Part shown: piece by piece, positions 10,008 through 17,893 of the stretch
Numbering within the stretch: the first letter of the stretch is position 1
Layout: each line of letters starts with the position of its first letter
Source of the DNA: an uncultured bacterium
GTDB lineage: Bacteria > Bacteroidota > Bacteroidia > J057 > JADKCL01
Length of the DNA: 64,000 nt
Direction of reading: 5' to 3'
Assembly (NCBI GenBank): GCA_963923035.1
Contig: CAWUKT010000002.1
Coordinates: forward strand, 38,574 to 102,573
The notes under the pieces: generated by a model
What the model was told of the DNA's origin: nothing
Seen by the model: only the letters and a program-made list of their open reading frames with translations
Databases searched by the model: none
Position numbers and translations under genes: made by a program

Positions 10008-10571
10008 ATGGACCAGGAAAATCAGGACAGTGCACTGGTGCAAAGGATTCAGTCTGGAGACCGGGCGGCATTTCGGCAGTTGTTCGACCGGTACTACCGG
10101 GACCTGCTGGGCACGGCTGTGAATCTGCTGCGGGATGAGGACATGGGGAAAGACGTGGTCCAGGAAGTGTTTTTGCAGATTTGGAAAAACCGGGAAACGT
10201 GGAATCTCCATGGTCAGGTCAGTTCTTACCTGAAGCGGGCCGTGATCAACCGCTCGCTCAATGTGCTGCGCCGGGCGAAGAAACAAACCGGTGAGGAAGC
10301 GCTGGAACAGACGCCTTCCCCCCAAACTTCTGCCATGGACCAACTCTCCTATTCCGAGTTGAATGAAGTATTGGAAGCAGCCCTGAAAAATCTGCCCGAT
10401 CGGTGCCGGGCCGTTTTTGTGATGAAGCGACTCGAGGGCATGTCCCAAAAAGAGATTGCCGAACAATTGGGAATCTCCACCAAAACGGTCGAAAACCAGA
10501 TCACAAAGGCGGTCAAAGCGCTGAAAAACGCGTTGCAGGAATTTAAACGAAATCAATTGGACGGGACATAG
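10008..10571 (+). CDS. RNA polymerase ECF sigma factor (FecI-like)
   Basis: 187 aa with sigma-70 region 2 (GKDVVQEVFLQIWKNRETW) and region 4 (PDRCRAVFVMKRLEGMSQKEIAEQLGISTKTVENQITKA). A FecR-like gene and a TonB-dependent receptor follow it. Confidence 0.9.
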   Translation: MDQENQDSALVQRIQSGDRAAFRQLFDRYYRDLLGTAVNLLRDEDMGKDVVQEVFLQIWKNRETWNLHGQVSSYLKRAVINRSLNVLRRAKKQTGEEALEQTPSPQTSAMDQLSYSELNEVLEAALKNLPDRCRAVFVMKRLEGMSQKEIAEQLGISTKTVENQITKAVKALKNALQEFKRNQLDGT

Positions 10572-10617
10572 GGGAAATTTCATTTCCGCGTGTCATTGTC
10601 CCAAACCCGTTGAGCCT

Positions 10618-11664
10618 ATGCAGGAAGACCTTTACCTCACCCTAATTTATAAGCGGCTGGAAGGCGTATTGAGTCCAGCCGAGACCGAGCAATTGGAGCA
10701 TTGGCTGGCTGAATCTCCCGCCAACCAGACGTTGGCGGAGGATGTGGAAGCGGCATGGAATGCCAGCGCCAACCTCAAAATGGAACCCGAAGTCAACCTC
10801 GACGACGCCTTTGCCCAATTGGAATTGGCCATGGATGACGAAAGTGCGCCCAAAGAGGTCGCCGAACCCACTTCCGATCCCAAGGTCCGCGATTTTCGTT
10901 CCCCCTCACCCGCTCCATCCTCCAGCACCCGACTTTGGTCCATTGCCGCCGGAATCGCCGCCCTGGTGGTCGCGGGACTCTTCTTGTATCCCCGCTTCGC
11001 CGGGTCCTCCGAAACCGAATGGCTCACCCTCGCCTCGTCCGAGGCCATCGAAACCCTGACCCTCTACGACGGCAGCGAAATCACCGTTTATCCCGGTGCC
11101 ACCTTGCAGTATACCAAGGAAATGGTCGAAGGAAAACGCCCCGTAAAATTGGACGGCCAGGCATTTTTCTCCATCGCCAAGGACCCCGAACACCCGTTTA
11201 CCATCGGCCTTCCCGGAAGTGAAATGACCGTCCTCGGCACCAGCTTCGGGATCAATACCGAAGGGCGCGACCATGTCCTTCACGTCAACGAAGGCAAAGT
11301 CTCCCTCAAAGTCGAATTTGAAGAGCAGGCCCGAATTTTGACCGCCAACCAACGCTGCGAATGGAATCCTGAGGCCAAAACCCTCGAATTTATCCCCGAA
11401 GCCTCCCCCAATGGACTCGCGTGGCATCTGGGAACCCTCAGCTTTCAGGCCACACCGCTCCGGGAGATCATCGGGGAGCTGGAAAATCAATGGGGAATAG
11501 AACTCGAAACCGAACGTTCTGAAATCCTCGATTGCCCACTTACGGTATCCTTTTCCACCCGGTCTTCCATCAAAGAAGTCCTGGAAAAACTGAGCCTGCT
11601 GTTGGGGGCGGACTGGGAAAACGATGGAGGAGGCAGCTATTCCATTTCGGGGGGTAGTTGTTGA
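10618..11664 (+). CDS. FecR family anti-sigma factor / transmembrane sensor
   Basis: 348 aa: N-terminal anti-sigma segment, a central TM helix (LWSIAAGIAALVVAGLFLY) and a FecR-like periplasmic domain (TLYDGSEITVYPGATLQY..VKLDGQAFFSI). Its stop overlaps the next start (TGATG). Confidence 0.85.
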   Translation: MQEDLYLTLIYKRLEGVLSPAETEQLEHWLAESPANQTLAEDVEAAWNASANLKMEPEVNLDDAFAQLELAMDDESAPKEVAEPTSDPKVRDFRSPSPAPSSSTRLWSIAAGIAALVVAGLFLYPRFAGSSETEWLTLASSEAIETLTLYDGSEITVYPGATLQYTKEMVEGKRPVKLDGQAFFSIAKDPEHPFTIGLPGSEMTVLGTSFGINTEGRDHVLHVNEGKVSLKVEFEEQARILTANQRCEWNPEAKTLEFIPEASPNGLAWHLGTLSFQATPLREIIGELENQWGIELETERSEILDCPLTVSFSTRSSIKEVLEKLSLLLGADWENDGGGSYSISGGSC

Positions 11665-14249
11665 TGCGGTGGCTGTGGGGATTGGCCCTGCTTTTCTTGG
11701 GGACAGGAGGCTGGTCCCAAAGTGTCCTCAACCAACGGCTGGATTTTTCGGCCGACAAAGAATCTCCCATTGCCTGTTTGATGCGACTCTCGGAAGAATC
11801 CGGCGTCGCAATTGCTTTTTCCAACCGTATCCTGGACGGCGCCAAGGAGGTTTCCCTGGACCGTGAAGCCAGCCTCCTGCGGGACGTCCTCCAGCAGATT
11901 TTGCGGGGGACGCGGTGTGGGTTTCGGGAAATAGGAGGGGAAATCATTGTCTTTCGGGAGCGTCAGCTGGTGAGTGGCTATGTGCTGGACCAAACGTCCA
12001 GCGAAGCGCTGGTCGCCGCCACGGTCTATATTCCCGGCCAACGCATGGGCACCTACACGAACGAGTACGGGTTTTTCAGCCTGGAAATTCCCGCGGAGCT
12101 GGATACGCTTCAGGTCCAGTACATCGGTTATGAGACCCAGCGGATCTTGCTGCCCAAGGACAGCGATGCCTTTGTCCAGCTCCGGCTCAAGCCGGACCTC
12201 AAGCTGGAAGACGTCGTCATTGTGGACCGTCCCGAAAGCCGCTTTCCCTTGCCCCAGGCGCCCGACGGAAAGGCCATTTCGCTGGACCTGATCCAGCAGA
12301 CGCCCACCATTGGGGGAGAGAGCGACCTCATCCGGACCGCCCAACTCCTGCCGGGCATCCAATCGGGCGTGGATGGCACCGCCGGTCTGTTTGTCCGGGG
12401 CGGAGATGCCGGCCACAACATGATGCTCCTGGACGGGGCGACTGTTTACATTCCCTACCACCTGCTCGGCATTTATTCGATCTACAACAGCAATTCGATC
12501 AAATCGGCGCGGGTCCTCAAAGGCGGCTACTCGGCCCGCTACGGCGGACGCCTGGCGGGGATCATGGATGTCCGCACCCGGGAAGGCAACCTCCACCAGT
12601 ACAAGGGAGAGGTTTCCGCGAACCTGATCAACGGGCGCCTGACGGCGGAAGGGCCGATCCAAAAGGACAAAAGCGCTTTTCTGCTCACAGGTCGCATTAC
12701 CAACCAAACCCTGTTGCTCAATCCCTTTTTCGACCGCACCTACCACACCATCCCGAATGGCACCCAGGAAAACCGGTTTCAAGACCTGTTCGGGAAGGTG
12801 AATTTCAAGTTGTCGGACCGGGACCGGATCTACCTGAGTGGGTTGTACACCAAGGATGAGTTTGGGAAGGAGTCCAATATGGTCGGCGGCGGACCCGATT
12901 TTTCTTCTGAAACCGAAGTCTACTGGAACAATGCCGCCGGGACCATTCGCTGGAACCACCTCTTCAACGAGCAGGCCTTCATCAATACCCGCGTCACCTA
13001 CAGCTTCAATTCCTTTCAGTTCTCGAGCTACGACGAATTCGCCGGCACCGGCTCTTCCTATGAATTGTACTTTACCGACAACCGCTCCCGCAACCACGAA
13101 GTGACCGTGGGGAGCGACCTGGACTGGAACATTGCACCGGGACATACCTTACGGGCCGGCGGTGGCATCACCCGCCGGACCTTCGAGACCAGCCTGACCT
13201 ATTTTGACCAGGATTCCCCAGAGATCGATTCCCTGACCGAAACCAACCCCAATACCCTGAGTGAGCTCATTAATCCTCCGACGGAAGTCGTCGGGGAAGC
13301 GTTTGCCTACCTCGAAGACGATATTCGGGTAGGCGAACACCTAACGTTTCGCCCCGGCCTGCGGGGCAGTTATTTTCAACACCCCACCGGCGACCATTTC
13401 CGCCTGGAACCCCGTTTTACCCTCGCCTACCTGCCCTCCAAACGCATGCGCTTCCACCTGAGCGGCAGCCGCATGGTCCAGTACCTCCATTTCATTTCCA
13501 ATACCTCCATCCGTTTCCCCAATGACCTCTGGTTGCCCTCCACCGATGAATTGCCGCCACAGGAGAGTTGGCAGGCGGAATTGGGAGGAGAATGGGCCTT
13601 CGGAAACCACTGGGACGCCCAGTGGGATGTGTACTACCGCCTCTTCGACGGGCTCCTGAGTGTACCCGAGGGCACCAACTTTATCCAGGGCGCCGATCTG
13701 AGCTCCGCGGGCGATTTCCTGTTGTCCGGCTCCGGCCGGGCCTACGGATCGGAATGGTCCCTGAACTATCAGTCCCAGGGCTGGGTCGGGCACCTCGCCT
13801 ATACGCTGGCCCGTACCGAAAGGACTTTTCCCGGCACCAATTTGGGCTTGACCTTTCCCCAGGACTTTGATCGGCAGCACCAATTCAATGTGATGGGGTC
13901 GAAACGGATCGGGAAGCGGTGGGAAACGGGCGTGGTGTGGTCCTATGCCTCAGCCAATCCGCGCCAGGAGTTGGTGAGCGTCGAACGGGGACTCGGATTG
14001 ACGACCATTTTGCCGCCGCCGGGGACCAAAAATAGCGTCAGGTCCGAACCGAACCACCGGCTGGACCTGACCCTTACAATGTTCGTAAATCAAAAAAACT
14101 TTTTACATCGGTTCCAAGTCTCTCTTTACAACGTTTACAACCGCTCCAACATTGCCTATTTTTTGCAAGCGCCCGGAGGAATCGGGGCGATGGAGCGCGT
14201 AGCTTCCCTCGGATTTACCCCCGGATTCTCCTATACCCTTACCCATTGA
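11664..14249 (+). CDS. TonB-dependent receptor with N-terminal STN signalling domain and carboxypeptidase-regulatory-like domain
   Basis: Signal peptide, an STN-like segment (CLMRLSEESGVAIAFSNRIL), a CarbopepD_reg-like segment (VSGYVLDQTSSEALVAATVYIPG), a plug and a beta-barrel ending FTPGFSYTLTH. Forms a FecIRA-type arrangement. Confidence 0.9.
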   Translation: MRWLWGLALLFLGTGGWSQSVLNQRLDFSADKESPIACLMRLSEESGVAIAFSNRILDGAKEVSLDREASLLRDVLQQILRGTRCGFREIGGEIIVFRERQLVSGYVLDQTSSEALVAATVYIPGQRMGTYTNEYGFFSLEIPAELDTLQVQYIGYETQRILLPKDSDAFVQLRLKPDLKLEDVVIVDRPESRFPLPQAPDGKAISLDLIQQTPTIGGESDLIRTAQLLPGIQSGVDGTAGLFVRGGDAGHNMMLLDGATVYIPYHLLGIYSIYNSNSIKSARVLKGGYSARYGGRLAGIMDVRTREGNLHQYKGEVSANLINGRLTAEGPIQKDKSAFLLTGRITNQTLLLNPFFDRTYHTIPNGTQENRFQDLFGKVNFKLSDRDRIYLSGLYTKDEFGKESNMVGGGPDFSSETEVYWNNAAGTIRWNHLFNEQAFINTRVTYSFNSFQFSSYDEFAGTGSSYELYFTDNRSRNHEVTVGSDLDWNIAPGHTLRAGGGITRRTFETSLTYFDQDSPEIDSLTETNPNTLSELINPPTEVVGEAFAYLEDDIRVGEHLTFRPGLRGSYFQHPTGDHFRLEPRFTLAYLPSKRMRFHLSGSRMVQYLHFISNTSIRFPNDLWLPSTDELPPQESWQAELGGEWAFGNHWDAQWDVYYRLFDGLLSVPEGTNFIQGADLSSAGDFLLSGSGRAYGSEWSLNYQSQGWVGHLAYTLARTERTFPGTNLGLTFPQDFDRQHQFNVMGSKRIGKRWETGVVWSYASANPRQELVSVERGLGLTTILPPPGTKNSVRSEPNHRLDLTLTMFVNQKNFLHRFQVSLYNVYNRSNIAYFLQAPGGIGAMERVASLGFTPGFSYTLTH

Positions 14250-14252
14250 CCT

Positions 14253-15512
14253 TTACTTGATCGTAAAGCCCATGCCGAAACTGACAATATTGGCGTGGAA
14301 GTTCGTGCTGCGTCGGTAGTGGGCCGCTTTGGCGTGGATGCCATTGAGGTAAATGGACTTTTCCTTGCGCATCGGCAGCTTCACCTTGAACAGTCCACCG
14401 GCAGGGGTATAATTCACGCCCAATCCAAAGGCATGGCTATTGAGCGCGGCCAGGTCGTAGTCGGAGGTATAAAATTCGCTTCCGGGGGAATGTTGTTGGA
14501 AGGGAAGGAAATAATCGGCCGCGGTCTGGGTGTGGTAGCGGTAGGAAGGCACCACCGACAGGAAGCGGTTCAGTTTCAGGGGCAATTCCAATTGGACCGT
14601 ATGCGCCTGGATTCCCCAATCATCCCAATAGTAGCGATAGGAGGCCCGAACCAAGAGCTTGTCGGACAGGTAATGGTTCACACGGACGCCCACGGGGATT
14701 TTGAGGCGGGTGGAGGGCAAACGTTCCAGCCGCGCGATGTTTTCTCCCCCAAAATAGACCCGGTGGAAGGGCGTCGAGAGCAATCCATTCATCATTGTGG
14801 CTTCCAATTGAACGGAAACCTGGGTTCGGCGGGTCAGGACCTGTTGAATCTGGGCCGCGAAATTATAGGATTGCCGGTCACTGCGGTCCAGCTGCACGCC
14901 GGTATTCCGCAATTCAATCGGGTAAATCAGGGACCATTGGTCGACGAATGACTGGAACCGGAGGTCCAGAGACGTATTCTCGTTTTCGGACAGACGGGTA
15001 TAGGAAAGGCCTGCCTGCACCGATGAATAGTCGTATTCCCCGCTTCCGCCCAGACGGGCGCCAAAGGTTTGCCGGGAGTCGATCTTGTAGACGATCCCGA
15101 CATTCCCGTGGACCCGGGTATCGTAGCCCGAATCATCGGAGTAAACCGGATCGATCATGTCGCTTGAAGCGGACGTATAGTAATCGTAGCCACCATCCAC
15201 CTTGAAAGCCAGGCGCGGCTTCAAGGGCAATGAAACGATGAGCTTCTGGGTGAAATCGGTCAAATGTTCCGTGCCCAAACCGCCGGTCACCGGCGAATTG
15301 TTTCCATCCTGCTCGTAGTAGCTGCTCAGGAAATCGATGTCCACGGCGTCCCAATTCGGGTATTCGAACTCGGCCAGTTCCGTCACCACCGAGTCCGGTG
15401 GGGTCTGCCGGGAAGTCGCCTGGCCTCCCAGGCGATTCAGTTGGGCCTTCAATTCTCCGGTCAGGAAAAGGCAGGCCACGATCAGCATGACTGCAATCAA
15501 TTGCATCCGCAA
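14253..15512 (-). CDS. DUF3570-like outer-membrane beta-barrel protein
   Basis: 419 aa with a signal peptide (MRMQLIAVMLIVACLFLTGELKAQ) and alternating beta-strand pattern throughout. Last gene of the Trx-ApbE-DUF4266 operon; its start overlaps the upstream stop by 16 nt. Confidence 0.7.
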   Translation of the reverse strand: MRMQLIAVMLIVACLFLTGELKAQLNRLGGQATSRQTPPDSVVTELAEFEYPNWDAVDIDFLSSYYEQDGNNSPVTGGLGTEHLTDFTQKLIVSLPLKPRLAFKVDGGYDYYTSASSDMIDPVYSDDSGYDTRVHGNVGIVYKIDSRQTFGARLGGSGEYDYSSVQAGLSYTRLSENENTSLDLRFQSFVDQWSLIYPIELRNTGVQLDRSDRQSYNFAAQIQQVLTRRTQVSVQLEATMMNGLLSTPFHRVYFGGENIARLERLPSTRLKIPVGVRVNHYLSDKLLVRASYRYYWDDWGIQAHTVQLELPLKLNRFLSVVPSYRYHTQTAADYFLPFQQHSPGSEFYTSDYDLAALNSHAFGLGVNYTPAGGLFKVKLPMRKEKSIYLNGIHAKAAHYRRSTNFHANIVSFGMGFTIK

Positions 15513-15718
15513 CCTCCTCCCACCTTGCCGCCATTGGCGCCGGACGCCCCTTCGCGGTAGGTATGAAAATTGGTCTCGAAATAGTCCAACTTGCCGGGGG
15601 CGAGGGCCATGTCGGGATCATTGAGGTACATTTTTTGGTAGCCCTTGACCGGGGTACAGGAGGTCAGGAGGACGAGGCTGGCGGCGGCCAGCGCGACGAT
15701 AGCTTTAAGCCGAAACAT
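15497..15718 (-). CDS. DUF4266-like small lipoprotein ending in GGGCGCN
   Basis: 73 aa from the ATG at 15718: MFRLKAIVALAAASLVLLTSC (lipobox L-T-S-C), with C-terminus ...REGASGANGGKVGGGCGCN. The 119-aa ORF in the track is an upstream extension into apbE and is not used. Confidence 0.7.
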   Translation of the reverse strand: MFRLKAIVALAAASLVLLTSCTPVKGYQKMYLNDPDMALAPGKLDYFETNFHTYREGASGANGGKVGGGCGCN

Positions 15719-16661
15719 GCGCAAATTGATTAAAGTGGTTGGAAAAGTATTGTTGGTTGTGTTGGTCGATGACCAGCGCTTCGATGCCGCGCAAGCGGTT
15801 GATGAGGTCGAGGCCATCCCGGACGCCCAATACGCTGATGGCGGTGGCAAGGGCATCGCCGAGCTCCGGGTCGGGCGACAGCACCGAGACGCATTTCAGG
15901 GCTTCGACCGGCCAGCCGGTCCTGGGGTCCACGATGTGGGACAGGCGACGGCCTTCCACGACCGTATAATTTTCATCGTTCCCTGAGGTGACCACGGAGC
16001 CGTACGGAATCCCGAAGGTCAGCAGGGGCGTCTCCCGATGTTCCGGATCCCGGACCATGACCGCCCAGTCACCTCCCTGGGGAGGGCTTCCCCAGGCCAT
16101 CAAATCGCCGGAGGCATTCACCAGGCCGCTCTCGATGCCGAGGTTCCGCATCACGTCCATGGCCCGCCGGGCCGCATAGCCCTTGCCGATCCCTCCAAAT
16201 CCAATTTTCATTCCCTTTTCCTTCAAAAACACGGTCTTTTTCCCCTCATCCAGCCCAATCTTCCGGTAGCCCATGACCCGCTTCAATTCGGCGATTTCGG
16301 CGGCATTCAGAGAAGGATGTTCTCCTCCATCGAATTTCCAGTGGTCCCGGGCCACGGTTCCGGAGATGTCAAAGGCTCCAAAAGTCAGCTGGGACACTTT
16401 CAGGCTGCGGTGAATCAGGCCGTACAGCTCATTGGGAACTGCCACGGGTGCGATGCCGGCCTGTTGGTTGATGCGGTGGGTAAACGTATCGGTGCGCCAG
16501 GAGGAAATCAGCCGTTCGATGCGGTCGATTTCGGCGACTCCGGCTCGTATGGCGTCCCAGGCATGCTGGGGATCGGCAGACACGGCCGTGAGGGTAAAGC
16601 CACAGCCCATCAACTTGAGCTGGTGGTGGTGAGCTTTCAGGGTAGCAGAAGTGGTGATCAT
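15705..16661 (-). CDS. apbE: FAD:protein FMN transferase (ApbE family)
   Basis: 318 aa with ApbE hallmarks: LMGCGFTL, AFDISG, GFGGIGKGYAA, SVVTSGN, HIVDPRTG, LGDALATA. Its start overlaps the upstream thioredoxin stop (ATGA). Confidence 0.9.
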   Translation of the reverse strand: MITTSATLKAHHHQLKLMGCGFTLTAVSADPQHAWDAIRAGVAEIDRIERLISSWRTDTFTHRINQQAGIAPVAVPNELYGLIHRSLKVSQLTFGAFDISGTVARDHWKFDGGEHPSLNAAEIAELKRVMGYRKIGLDEGKKTVFLKEKGMKIGFGGIGKGYAARRAMDVMRNLGIESGLVNASGDLMAWGSPPQGGDWAVMVRDPEHRETPLLTFGIPYGSVVTSGNDENYTVVEGRRLSHIVDPRTGWPVEALKCVSVLSPDPELGDALATAISVLGVRDGLDLINRLRGIEALVIDQHNQQYFSNHFNQFAHVSA

Positions 16662-17110
16662 GGCGTGGGAGTGGAAGAAATAGAGGCAATGAAATCAGCC
16701 GGGGATTGGCCGGGCGTAAAGGCGATTTCCTGAAGGACTTCCTGGTCGGGAGAAAGCAGCAACACCAGCGGGAACTTTCCCTTGGGGTTGAAGCGCTCCG
16801 CCAGGGATTCGTTGTAGCGGGTCTGCTCTGGCGACAATTGGTTCTTTCGTTGGGCGGGAAAATCCAGGTTGGCGAGGACCAATTCCTGACCGGCGAATTC
16901 CTTGAATTCAGGGGTGGCCACGATTTGGCGCTTGAACAGGATGCAGGGCTTGCACCAATCGGAGCCGGTGAAAAACAAGAGGACCTGCTTGTCGTCTTGT
17001 CGGGCCTCGTCGCAGGCTGCTTCCAGATCGGTCCCAATGGTTTGGGCGGGGAGTTGCGGTCCCCACCAAAGGCCGGCGAGGATCAGGAGAATACATGGAA
17101 TGGGCTTCAT
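16658..17110 (-). CDS. Secreted thioredoxin-fold protein (WCKPC active site)
   Basis: Signal peptide MKPIPCILLILAGLWWGPQLPAQ starting at the ATG at 17110, and a Trx motif LLFFTGSDWCKPC. First gene of the 4-gene operon. Confidence 0.8.
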   Translation of the reverse strand: MKPIPCILLILAGLWWGPQLPAQTIGTDLEAACDEARQDDKQVLLFFTGSDWCKPCILFKRQIVATPEFKEFAGQELVLANLDFPAQRKNQLSPEQTRYNESLAERFNPKGKFPLVLLLSPDQEVLQEIAFTPGQSPADFIASISSTPTP

Positions 17111-17263
17111 GGTCATATCTATTTGATTTGCGACCATGACCCGCAACAATTAAGTTTCCCCTATACCTCCGATAAATTTTATTTATCCTTTCCCGCTTTT
17201 ATCCTGCTCCCGGTCCCATTTTCTCCCCTGAGTTCCGCTTTTTTCCTAACTTTAGAGTTAGCC

Positions 17264-17893
17264 ATGGAGTACAACTGTCCGAATTGTGGGGCGCCCATCA
17301 ATTTCCAAAGTCGGGTCTCAATCTTCACGACCTGTACCTATTGCCGTTCGAATATCGTCCGGCACGACATGGATTTGGAAAAAATTGGAGAGTCCAGCGA
17401 GCTGTTGCAGGACCTATCCCCCTTTCAAGTCGGGACGCGCGGGACGATTGATGGAAAAAGGTTCACCCTGTTGGGCCGAATCAAAGTGGGGTATCCGACG
17501 GGGATGTGGAGCGAGTGGTACGCCCTCATGGACGATTATTCCGAGGGTTGGCTGGCCGAAGCCCAAGGTTATTACATGATGTCTTATCCCTGGAAAGGCC
17601 TTGTTCCGGAGTCCCACCAGCGCTTTGCGCCCCGCCAAAGCACCAACATCGACGGCAAACGCTTTGTCGTGGACGATGTCCGCAAAATCCGCTACCTGGC
17701 CAGCGAAGGCGAATTGCCCTTTGTCTACCAACCCGGATTTGAGGCGACCAGTGTCGACCTGCGGAGCCCCGATGGCGAATTCATGAACTTCCTGTACCGC
17801 GGCAAAGAGGCCGAGGCTTACAAAGGACGCTACGCCTCCTTCGAATCCTTTCAATTTGAGAATCTGAGGAAAATAGATGGCTGGGACGACTGA
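17264..17893 (+). CDS. Zinc-ribbon + DUF4178-like protein
   Basis: 209 aa from the ATG at 17264 (MEYNCPNCG...TCTYCRS gives CxxC..CxxC), then a DUF4178-like core (GTIDGKRFTLLGRIKV...WSEWYALMDD). The long upstream extension in the track (16706) crosses the divergent intergenic region and is rejected. Confidence 0.75.
   Translation: MEYNCPNCGAPINFQSRVSIFTTCTYCRSNIVRHDMDLEKIGESSELLQDLSPFQVGTRGTIDGKRFTLLGRIKVGYPTGMWSEWYALMDDYSEGWLAEAQGYYMMSYPWKGLVPESHQRFAPRQSTNIDGKRFVVDDVRKIRYLASEGELPFVYQPGFEATSVDLRSPDGEFMNFLYRGKEAEAYKGRYASFESFQFENLRKIDGWDD

Noticed and set aside
11637-13145. Long ORFs antisense to well-supported genes: 11637-13145, 17781-19178, 19322-20821, 23882-25435, 30462-32171, 32872-34623, 34907-35923, 42563-44113 and 59665-60498.
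   Set aside because: Each lies entirely opposite a gene with strong family motifs (TonB-dependent receptor, DUF4178, SpeE-like, RND pump, lpdA, thiG, GSIII and others). Their translations are low-complexity and rich in R/G/D/V/E, as expected of shadow frames in GC-rich coding DNA.
16706-17263. N-terminal extensions of track ORFs: 16706-17893 (395 aa), 22437-23786 (449 aa), 40930-42192 (420 aa) and 15497-15856 (119 aa).
   Set aside because: The extensions run through opposite-strand genes, intergenic DNA or the preceding gene. Internal ATGs give canonical N-termini (zinc ribbon MEYNCPNCG, ATGA-coupled MNTPGRG, AnmK MVKYKGIGVMTGTSLDG, lipoprotein MFRLK...LTSC).
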